From Eubacteriales bacterium (GTDB lineage: Bacteria; Bacillota; Clostridia; Oscillospirales; Oscillospiraceae): a stretch of 64,000 nt of DNA. Both the position numbers and the translations under genes were made by a program. The notes beneath the pieces are model-generated. The model was not told the DNA's origin, searched no databases, and saw only the letters and a program-made list of their open reading frames with translations. The stretch covers positions 48,536-112,535 of the forward strand of contig JAWXUL010000004.1 of NCBI GenBank assembly GCA_044432725.1. Reading direction: 5' to 3'. This document shows positions 57,009 through 64,000 of the stretch, piece by piece. Position 1 is the stretch's first letter. Every line of letters starts with the position of its first letter.

Positions 57009-57767
57009 ATGAGAAAAATTGCGATTTATGGAAAAGGTGGTATCGGAAAGTCCACAACCACCTCTAATTTATCCGCTGCTTTGGCGAAAAAAGGATTTAA
57101 AGTCATGCAAGTTGGTTGTGACCCAAAGTCTGATTCTACCAAAAACTTAATGGGCGGGAAAGTCATCCCCTCTGTTTTGGATATGTTGAAAGAACATGGA
57201 GATGATTTAAGCCTAGAACACGTGGTGTTCACAGGATATGCAGGGGTTCTCTGTGTGGAATCAGGAGGACCCACTCCAGGGATTGGTTGTGCTGGCCGAG
57301 GGATTATCACAGCTTTTGAAAAACTTGCAGAGTTAAAGGCATTTGAAGTTTATCAGCCAGATATTGTGATTTATGACGTTCTTGGTGATGTGGTTTGTGG
57401 TGGTTTTGCCATGCCAATCCGTGATGGATATGCAAAAGAAGTATTTATTGTCTCTTCTGGAGAGATGATGGCTCTTTATGCAGCGAATAACATTGCAACT
57501 GCTGTGAAGAATTTTGAAAAACGTTCCTATGCCAAAATGTCTGGACTGATTTTAAACAGCAAAAATATCGAAAACGAACGAGAAATTGTAGAAAAAGCTT
57601 GCGCAGAAATCGGTACGGAAATTATAACAGAAATCCCACGCTCTGGGGACATTCAAGTGGCAGAAAACAAAGGTGGAACTGTCTTTGAATTTGCAACAGA
57701 ATCCCCCATGTGTCAGGTGTATCAAGACTTAGCAGATGAAATAATCAAGAACACAACAGATGGATAG
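57009..57767 (+). CDS. nitrogenase iron protein-like ATPase (NifH/BchL/CfbC family)
   Basis: 252 aa. GKGGIGKST Walker A, DPKSDST switch [18 protein letters not shown] and [14 protein letters not shown] carrying the two [4Fe-4S] cysteines. Confidence 0.9.
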   Translation: MRKIAIYGKGGIGKSTTTSNLSAALAKKGFKVMQVGCDPKSDSTKNLMGGKVIPSVLDMLKEHGDDLSLEHVVFTGYAGVLCVESGGPTPGIGCAGRGIITAFEKLAELKAFEVYQPDIVIYDVLGDVVCGGFAMPIRDGYAKEVFIVSSGEMMALYAANNIATAVKNFEKRSYAKMSGLILNSKNIENEREIVEKACAEIGTEIITEIPRSGDIQVAENKGGTVFEFATESPMCQVYQDLADEIIKNTTDG

Positions 57768-57779
57768 AAAGAGGTTTTT

Positions 57780-58505
57780 ATGAAAGATAACATGGAAGAA
57801 ATGGAAGCAAAAATGGATATGATGAGGAAACTGTCTGGGATGGAACGTTGTCCCTTGTCCTCTGCAGCAAAAGCAATCGCCTCTATTGAAGGTGCTGCAA
57901 TGCTGATTATTGGCACAGAAGAATGCACTTATTACTCAAAAGTTGGTATTATCAGACGTGGAGGGGGCGATATTTGTTTTTCTGTGGTGATGGATAAGCA
58001 CGATGTCACCTTTGGCTCTGCGGACAAAGTCGCCGCAGCCATCGACGAATTGATGGAAATCACGACGCCCAAAACACTATTTTTGGTGACTACTTGTGTC
58101 CCTGAAATCATCGGCGAAGATTACCAATCAATCGTCCAAGAAGCAGAAGAAAAATATAAACTGCCAATTCACCTCTTAACGACCAATCATTACACTGGTA
58201 AAGACGGAGAATATGGCTTTGAATTGGTGGAAAAAGCCATCGGTTATGCCTTGCCCAGAAAGAAAAAAAGAGATGGTCAAGGAAATTCTCCTATGGGAAA
58301 AATGGGGGAAATGGCTCATAAATTTGCTGGAAAAGGGCAAGGGGGTCGCCCTGAAGGAGGTCGCCCTGAAGGAGGTCGTCCAAGAGGAGATATGAGTGAG
58401 GAAGAAATGATGGCAATGATGCGAGACAAAATGGGAGGACACATGAGCGACGAAGAAATCAGAGAGAAACTTCATTCTCGTATGGGTGGAGGTGGCCGCA
58501 GATGA
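57780..58505 (+). CDS. nitrogenase component-1-like protein, NifD/NifE/BchN-type, single-domain and truncated, with a low-complexity tail
   Basis: 241 aa. ERCPL..., IIGTEECTYY, LVTTCVPEIIGEDY (Cys24/49/106). After about residue 165 it is only low complexity (GGRPEGGRPEGGRPRG, EEMMAMMRDKMGGHM). Confidence 0.75.
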   Translation: MKDNMEEMEAKMDMMRKLSGMERCPLSSAAKAIASIEGAAMLIIGTEECTYYSKVGIIRRGGGDICFSVVMDKHDVTFGSADKVAAAIDELMEITTPKTLFLVTTCVPEIIGEDYQSIVQEAEEKYKLPIHLLTTNHYTGKDGEYGFELVEKAIGYALPRKKKRDGQGNSPMGKMGEMAHKFAGKGQGGRPEGGRPEGGRPRGDMSEEEMMAMMRDKMGGHMSDEEIREKLHSRMGGGGRR

Positions 58506-59632
58506 GTTTAACACGTTTTTTACCAACTCCCTCTGACCGCATGGGTATTTTGTGGACGCTGTTACAAATAGAAGGTGCCATCGTGTTAGAATATGGACCA
58601 GCAGGTACTTCAGCTTATGCAAAGAAAAATTTCACCACATCTGAAATGAGTATTCCAGGGGATCTTTTCACGACGCAACTAAGCGAAAGTGAACTTGTTC
58701 TAGGTGAAGACACACGTTTAGAGAATAAAATCAAAGAACTGGACAAAAAACTCTCCCCAAAAGTGATTTTTGTCATGGCTTCTTCTGTTTCTTCCGTCGT
58801 TGGTTATGATGTAGAGGGTGTTTGCAGTTATTTAAAAGAAGAGGTAAAGGCACAGCTTGTTGTCTTTCCACAAGGTGGTTTTGCTGGAGATTTTTCTTCT
58901 GGATTACAAGCAGCCTACACAAAATTAGTCACAGAATTACCAGAAGAGACTGCTGAAAAAGAAAATTGTTACAATATTTTAGGCATTTCATCCTTTTCTT
59001 CCCACGGCGTGGGGGACATGAAAAAGGCAGAAGTAATGATGAAAGAACACTTTGCTTTGTCTCAACACGCAGTACTTTCTTGTGAAACAAATTTAGAAAA
59101 AATACTCACCATGGGAAAGGCAAAAATCAATTTGGTTCTTAGTTACGAGGGACTAAAAGGGGCAAAAATACTACAAGAACGTTTTGGAACCCCTTATGTT
59201 TATGGATTTCCAATCAGCGCAGAAAGCCAAGAAAAATTCTTTGGAGAAATCGCAACGTATATTCCAAGAATAAGCCAAGGAACACCAGTCACAGCCACAA
59301 AGAAAACAGGAAAAATCGCTGTCTTTGCCCCTTATGATGTGCTTATTGCCATGGAAGAATATGCCACAGAAGTGGGGCTTGAGGTGGAATTTCTACTGTG
59401 CAACCATTCACTGAAAGAAGTAGAAAATCCCTCTGAAAAAGTGCGTTACTGCAAAACAGAGAAAGAGAAAATCGCCTTGTTTCAGTCTCTTAAGGACACA
59501 AATATCATTGGGGAAGGGACATTCTTCTCTCTGGTTCACGAAAGTAACCAAACATTCACACTTTCTACAAGAGATGACAACAATCCAATCTTTCAACTCA
59601 TGGGTCATGAATCTTTTTGCATCAACGAGTAA
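58502..59632 (+). CDS. nitrogenase component-1-like protein, NifK/NifN/BchB-type, lacking the usual cluster cysteines
   Basis: 376 aa. The ATG overlaps the upstream stop (ATGA). ILWTLLQIEGAIVLEYGPAGTSAY and VIFVMASSVSSVVGYDVEG align to the Cys-bearing blocks of the D-like protein but carry Ser/Gly instead. Confidence 0.7.
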   Translation: MSLTRFLPTPSDRMGILWTLLQIEGAIVLEYGPAGTSAYAKKNFTTSEMSIPGDLFTTQLSESELVLGEDTRLENKIKELDKKLSPKVIFVMASSVSSVVGYDVEGVCSYLKEEVKAQLVVFPQGGFAGDFSSGLQAAYTKLVTELPEETAEKENCYNILGISSFSSHGVGDMKKAEVMMKEHFALSQHAVLSCETNLEKILTMGKAKINLVLSYEGLKGAKILQERFGTPYVYGFPISAESQEKFFGEIATYIPRISQGTPVTATKKTGKIAVFAPYDVLIAMEEYATEVGLEVEFLLCNHSLKEVENPSEKVRYCKTEKEKIALFQSLKDTNIIGEGTFFSLVHESNQTFTLSTRDDNNPIFQLMGHESFCINE

Positions 59633-59643
59633 GGAAAGAGAAA

Positions 59644-61032
59644 ATGAACACTAAAAATATAGGCGAAGAACTAGAGCAGAATTCCCTCCAAAAAACCATT
59701 GGTAAATACGCATTACCCGCTATTTTAAGTGGATTGGTGGCAGCACTTTATAACATTATTGATCAACTTTTCATTGGTCATATCATCGGAATTGATGGCA
59801 ATGCAGCCACAAACATTGCCTTTCCATTGGTCACCTTGACAACGGCAATCATGCTTTTGTTGGGATTAGGTGGCGCTGTGAATTTCAGTATTGCGTTGGG
59901 GAAAAAAGACCTAGAGCGAGGGAAGAAATTTGTGGGCGCTGTCTTAGTCGTTACCCCTTTGGTGGGGCTATTGATTACCACAATCACCTTGCTTTTTCTC
60001 AATCCACTCTTGTGGACATTGGGGGCGACGGAAAATAGTTTTGACTTAGCATTTTCTTATGTAAGTATTACAGCATTTGGCTTTCCCCTTTGGATGTCAG
60101 CAGAAGCCACAACGAAAGTCATTCGCTCTGACGGCTCTCCCAAATATGCTATGATTTGCTCTTTGACTGGAGCCTTCCTCAACTGTATCCTAAATCCCCT
60201 TTTGATGATCGGCTTTGACATGGGAATAGAGGGGGCTGCATGGGCAACTGTGATTGGTCAAGGTGTTTCCTTTTTCCTTGCCATAAGGTATTTCAAAAAT
60301 TTCAAGTCCTTCCCTCTCAAATGGGAAGAAATAAAACCAGATTCCACGATTATAAAACAAATCTGTAAAATTGGTGCTGCGCCTTTTCTCCAACAACTGG
60401 TGATGATGTTGACGCAAATTGTGATGAATAACATGGTAGTTCACTATGGTGGATTGTCAGCCTATGGCACAGAAATTCCCCTTGCTTGTGTAGGGATTAT
60501 CACAAAAGTGAATGCCCTGTATATGGCGATTATGATTGGAATAGCACAAGGAGCCCAGCCTCTCCTAGGATATTCCTATGGGGCGAAAAAGCCAGATAAA
60601 GTGCTGGAGATTTATCTGCAGTGTATTAAATATGCTTGTGCGATTTCTGTTTTGGTATTCTTGTCTTTTCAGATTTTCCCCCGTCAAATCTTATCTGCTT
60701 TCGGAGGAGAAGGAGAATTATTCTTTGAATTTGGTGTGAATTACTTTAGAATCTTTATGGCACTGACATTTTTAAACGGAATACAACCGGTCACTTTTAA
60801 CTTCTTTACTGCCATTGGCAAGCCTTTGAAAAGTGCCATCGTATCCCTGTCCAAACAATTACTATTTTTAATTCCCCTCTTATTGATTTTACCCACATTT
60901 TTGGGCATAGATGGACTGTTATACGCAGGACCTGTGGCTGATAGTTTGGCTTTTGCCATTACAATGGTATTTTTAAGAAAAGAAATCAGCGAGTTACAAG
61001 GGAATCCTCCAGAAGAAACAGTAATCGCATAA
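59644..61032 (+). CDS. MATE-family efflux transporter
   Basis: About 462 aa and 12 TM helices. N-terminal LPAILSGLVAALYNIIDQLFIGH pattern. Start ATG 59644 after AAGGAAAGAG. Confidence 0.85.
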   Translation: MNTKNIGEELEQNSLQKTIGKYALPAILSGLVAALYNIIDQLFIGHIIGIDGNAATNIAFPLVTLTTAIMLLLGLGGAVNFSIALGKKDLERGKKFVGAVLVVTPLVGLLITTITLLFLNPLLWTLGATENSFDLAFSYVSITAFGFPLWMSAEATTKVIRSDGSPKYAMICSLTGAFLNCILNPLLMIGFDMGIEGAAWATVIGQGVSFFLAIRYFKNFKSFPLKWEEIKPDSTIIKQICKIGAAPFLQQLVMMLTQIVMNNMVVHYGGLSAYGTEIPLACVGIITKVNALYMAIMIGIAQGAQPLLGYSYGAKKPDKVLEIYLQCIKYACAISVLVFLSFQIFPRQILSAFGGEGELFFEFGVNYFRIFMALTFLNGIQPVTFNFFTAIGKPLKSAIVSLSKQLLFLIPLLLILPTFLGIDGLLYAGPVADSLAFAITMVFLRKEISELQGNPPEETVIA

Positions 61033-61082
61033 AATAAACCCTAACACACTGGACTTCATGTCATAAGATTGCTGAAATTTGT

Positions 61083-61120
61083 GAGACAGTCTTTCTGGTG
61101 AGAGACTGTCTCTTTTTCTC
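61083..61120 (+). terminator. rho-independent terminator after the MATE gene
   Basis: GAGACAGTCT-loop-AGACTGTCTC followed by TTTTTCTC. Confidence 0.8.
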
Positions 61121-61259
61121 GGAAGACATGAAGCCACGCAGCCACACCCTTTCTTTCCTATGAGTATCAATATTTCTGCAAGTGTTGAACTGACTCCTGT
61201 TGGAATATCCTTGACATGAATAACAATTTATGGTAATATCAAGAAAAGGAGCTGTGATA

Positions 61260-61847
61260 ATGACAAGAATATGCAAAGATTGTGGGGCAGAGTTTACCCT
61301 GTCACAAGGTGAAATTGATTTTTACAAAGAAAAAAACTTCAATTTACCCCAACGTTGTAAAAGTTGCCGAAAAAAAAGAAAAGGAACCAATACACAGGAA
61401 CAAAAGCCATCTATCAAAGAACCTCGTGTTATATCTGTAAAGGAGCAATCTATTTACTCTAAAATTGCTAGTATCGTTGTTGCAGTCTTGTTGTTGATAT
61501 TTTGGATCTTACCAAAAATCACAAATTTATTCCAGCTGAATGAATCTTATTATGATACTACCTATTCTTCCTCACAAAGTGCTGACTTGGAGTTTAGAAG
61601 TGAGGAATATCTCAGTGAGCATTTCAGCAAACACGGAGGTTTACTGGGGCATTATAGCAAGGAAAGTTACTTATTAGCAGCAAATAATGTCATCAAGTCC
61701 TCCTCAGCGTTGAAACGAACCCAATCAGACGGAGACACAGCTTATTATCAAGAATCTAGCAATGAATTTGTAGTGGTTTCCACAGATGGCTATATTAGAA
61801 CTTATTTCAAACCAACAGATGGAAAAGAGTACTTTTACCGTCAATAA
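61260..61847 (+). CDS. zinc-ribbon / single-TM protein with an uncharacterised C-terminal domain
   Basis: CKDCGAEF...CKSCRKK zinc ribbon, TM helix IASIVVAVLLLIFWILP, then a ~110-aa C-terminal domain. Promoter TTGACA-17-TAATAT at 61211..61239. Start ATG 61260 after AAAGGAG. Confidence 0.65.
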   Translation: MTRICKDCGAEFTLSQGEIDFYKEKNFNLPQRCKSCRKKRKGTNTQEQKPSIKEPRVISVKEQSIYSKIASIVVAVLLLIFWILPKITNLFQLNESYYDTTYSSSQSADLEFRSEEYLSEHFSKHGGLLGHYSKESYLLAANNVIKSSSALKRTQSDGDTAYYQESSNEFVVVSTDGYIRTYFKPTDGKEYFYRQ

Positions 61848-61885
61848 TGATCATTTTCTCAACATGAACAGGGGGAAGCATTTTC

Positions 61886-61914
61886 TTGACAAGGGGTACG
61901 AAAGATGTTATAAT
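61886..61914 (+). promoter_or_regulatory. sigma-A-type promoter with an extended -10, giving a ~190-nt leader
   Basis: TTGACA, 17-nt spacer, TGtTATAAT. The next start codon is at 62114. Confidence 0.6.
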
Positions 61915-62113
61915 AACTTAGTTCTTAGGATGATGGTAATTGTTGGGAGAATCATCTTTCAGTCAACAATTTGAGTATATGAACTTAATTACCTAGGTTT
62001 TAGGGCTTTTTTTTGATTTAGGCTTTCTAACATCATTTCCACTTGTTTCTTGTGGGTAACTGGGTGTGTGGTATTGCTTCCAATGAGAGAAAATAGTGTG
62101 AGGAAGGGAGAAA

Positions 62114-62737
62114 ATGATGAATGTAGAAGGAAAAACATATACAGAAATGTTTCGCAGTGTGAAAATAGCGACAGCAGCTACTGTAGATGAATTTAACAAG
62201 CCTCAAGCTAGAATCATTAATGTGATGATCGCAAATGAAGATGGAATGTATATCGTAACATCCAAAGGCAAGCCTTTCTATAAACAACTGATGGAGACAG
62301 GAGAAATTGCATTATCAGCAATGTGCCCCAATAATAAATCTCTAAAATTCACTGGAAAATGTAGATTAGTGGATAAGTTTTGGGTAGATGAAGTATTTGT
62401 GCAAAATCCAGGGATGAACGAGGTATATCCAGAGGATAGCCGTTATATCTTGGATGCATTTCTCATCTACAGTGGACAAGGTGAATTTTTTGATTTAGAT
62501 ACCTATCCAATCCAAAGAACTTATTTTTCTTATGGTGAAGTACAGCGTGAAGAAGTTGGTTTCTATATCGATGAGCAATGCACAAAATGTAATGTCTGTG
62601 TGAAAAAATGTCCACAAAAGTGCATAAGCACAGGGGATACTTACAAAATAAAGGAAGAAAATTGCTTGTTTTGTGGTTTGTGTCTAGAGGTGTGTCCTGT
62701 AGATGCAATTAAGGCAAAGCATAGGGTGTTTCAATGA
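62114..62737 (+). CDS. pyridoxamine 5'-phosphate oxidase-like / 2x[4Fe-4S] ferredoxin fusion protein
   Basis: 207 aa. The N-terminal ~150 aa are a PNPOx-like split-barrel pattern (ATVDEFNKPQARIINVM...MYIVTSKGKPFYKQL). C-terminal CTKCNVCVKKCP and CLFCGLCLEVCP. Confidence 0.7.
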   Translation: MMNVEGKTYTEMFRSVKIATAATVDEFNKPQARIINVMIANEDGMYIVTSKGKPFYKQLMETGEIALSAMCPNNKSLKFTGKCRLVDKFWVDEVFVQNPGMNEVYPEDSRYILDAFLIYSGQGEFFDLDTYPIQRTYFSYGEVQREEVGFYIDEQCTKCNVCVKKCPQKCISTGDTYKIKEENCLFCGLCLEVCPVDAIKAKHRVFQ

Positions 62738-63375
62738 CAGTCATCAATGATATCTTAGAGTTATATGGAAATCGGGGCGATTGGTTTTGGGAGCTTTGGT
62801 TAGAGCATATCAAACTAGCCACGACAGCACTGCTCATATCGGGAAGCATAGGACTATTACTTGGGATATTTATTGCAGAATTTCCAAAGTTTGTCCTACC
62901 GATCATGGGAACAAGTAATTTACTATACACAATTCCAGCAATCTCCTTATTAGGTATGCTCATACCCGTCACTGGGATAGGGAACACCACAGCAATCATC
63001 GCCTTAAGCATTTATGGTGTCATGCCCATGCTACGGAATACTTACATCGGTATCACAACAATCAGTGCAGATATCATCGAAGCAGCCAGAGGAATGGGAA
63101 GCACAAGGCTACAGATCTTATTAAAAGTGAAATTGCCACTGGCTTCTGGGGTCATTGTTGCAGGAATCAGAAATATGGTGGTGATGACCATCTCTGTCAC
63201 TGGTATCGCTTCCTTTATCGGCGCTGGTGGATTAGGGGTGGCAATCTATCGAGGCATAACAATATACAATCCAGCAATGACAGCAGCAGGGAGTATACTT
63301 ATTGCGTTAACTGCAATAATTTGTGATATAATCTTAGGTATACTAGAAAAGAAATTGAAATCGAGAGGAATTTAG
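62734..63375 (+). CDS. ABC transporter permease (OpuCB/ProW-like, osmoprotectant type)
   Basis: 213 aa. The start overlaps the upstream stop (ATGA). EAARGMGSTRLQILLKVKLPLA EAA-loop motif. Ends in TAG. Confidence 0.8.
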   Translation: MTVINDILELYGNRGDWFWELWLEHIKLATTALLISGSIGLLLGIFIAEFPKFVLPIMGTSNLLYTIPAISLLGMLIPVTGIGNTTAIIALSIYGVMPMLRNTYIGITTISADIIEAARGMGSTRLQILLKVKLPLASGVIVAGIRNMVVMTISVTGIASFIGAGGLGVAIYRGITIYNPAMTAAGSILIALTAIICDIILGILEKKLKSRGI

Positions 63376-63378
63376 GAA

Positions 63379-64000
63379 ATGAAAAAAAGAGGATTCGCAT
63401 TTTTAATGTCAATGAGTTTATTGGCACTGGCAAGCTGTAGCACAGCAGAGACACCAGAAATAGCAAGTGGAACACCCACAGAAAACACAGGCAGTCAAGG
63501 TGAAGAGGCTGTAGAAACAGTCCAATTAGACCCCATTCAAATCGCCACAAAACCAATGGTGGAGCAATTCATTTTGGGAGAAATGCTAGGGCTATTGATT
63601 GAAGATGTTGGCTATGAAGTAGAGATCACCAAGGGAATCGCTGGTGGTACCAGCAACATCCAACCAGCCATGGAAGCAAAAGAATTTGACTTGTATCCAG
63701 AATATACCTCAAGTGGTTGGGTGTTGGTGCTAGGCAATGAAGCCGGTTCCATTGATGATTCAGAAATGCTAGAAGCCTTGCAAGCAGGGTATAGCGAGAA
63801 TTATGGCATGACTTGGGTGGGCATGTATGGATTCAATAATACTTACACCATTGCAGTGCGTCAAGAAATCGCTGATCAATATGGCTTGGTAGATACCAGT
63901 GATTTGCAAGCTGTGGCATCTGAATTAAATTTCGGTAGTAACCCTGATTATATCGAGAGAGCAGATGGCTTTCCTGCATTATGCGAAACTTATGGTTTAA
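63379..64000 (+). CDS. osmoprotectant (glycine betaine/choline-type) ABC transporter substrate-binding lipoprotein, partial (runs off the right edge)
   Basis: Lipobox LLALASC. IATKPMVEQFILGEMLGLLIE...IQPAMEAKEFDLYPEYTSSGW resembles OpuCC/OsmX-type binding proteins. Open-ended, so not in the ORF track. Confidence 0.7.
   Translation, partial: MKKRGFAFLMSMSLLALASCSTAETPEIASGTPTENTGSQGEEAVETVQLDPIQIATKPMVEQFILGEMLGLLIEDVGYEVEITKGIAGGTSNIQPAMEAKEFDLYPEYTSSGWVLVLGNEAGSIDDSEMLEALQAGYSENYGMTWVGMYGFNNTYTIAVRQEIADQYGLVDTSDLQAVASELNFGSNPDYIERADGFPALCETYGL

Noticed and set aside
57009-59632. Genuine nitrogen-fixation (nifHDK) operon
   Set aside because: The D-like protein is one domain long and lacks the FeMo-co ligand region. 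The K-like protein lacks P-cluster cysteines, and no nifB/E/N/V or Mo-transport genes accompany it.
61921-62113. c-di-AMP (ydaO-type) riboswitch in front of the osmoprotectant transporter
   Set aside because: I could not find the conserved ydaO-type sequence blocks as I remember them. The leader is flagged as an unclassified structure instead.

Overview
This 64-kb window comes from a low-GC, flagellated, spore-forming Firmicute. It looks Clostridia-like, with SLH-anchored surface proteins and a pro-sigma-K gene. Layout: (1) 0-8.3 kb is a motility block. It holds a PilZ protein, FlhB-C-like and FliK-like genes on the minus strand, then cheA-cheW-cheR-cheB on the plus strand. (2) 8.6-15.3 kb is a single 2230-aa SLH-anchored surface protein. 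(3) 15.6-32.6 kb is mostly housekeeping: a DUF4956 and Cthe_2159-like lipoprotein pair, a Crp/Fnr and 4Fe-4S pair, an orphan AgrC-like kinase, trmB, an MCP, asnB, rpiB, an aldose epimerase, an M19 dipeptidase, four tRNAs and sigK. (4) 32.6-53.5 kb is an accessory segment bracketed by mirror-image modules, each a small Cys-rich gene, an HTH gene and a conserved leader. Its cargo is a truncated AlbA_2 gene, an AT-rich 437-aa orphan, MBL and GNAT genes, an LRR/SLH surface gene broken by one in-frame TAG, a YtrA-type GntR-ABC operon, and a type I R-M system (hsdM-hsdS-[DUF559 pseudogene]-hsdR). (5) 53.5-64 kb holds membrane proteins, then a MarR-linked nitrogenase-like (NifH/D/K-type) cluster with an unusually short D subunit, a Cys-less K subunit and a MATE exporter. 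After that come a zinc-ribbon membrane protein and a PNPOx-ferredoxin gene coupled to an osmoprotectant-type ABC transporter. The best candidate for an undescribed system is the nitrogenase-like cluster. Other non-coding or odd signals are a GC-rich structured repeat family (two loci), a GTGCCAA motif family in two intergenic regions, a three-copy intergenic element with a CCTTGGTGGATT core, and a Met/Gln tandem repeat inside a lipoprotein. There is also a hairpin that buries the sigK ribosome-binding site, and a cluster of decayed genes. No CRISPR array, rRNA, transposase or integrase was seen. All calls rest on reading the sequence and ORF translations by eye. No database search was run.
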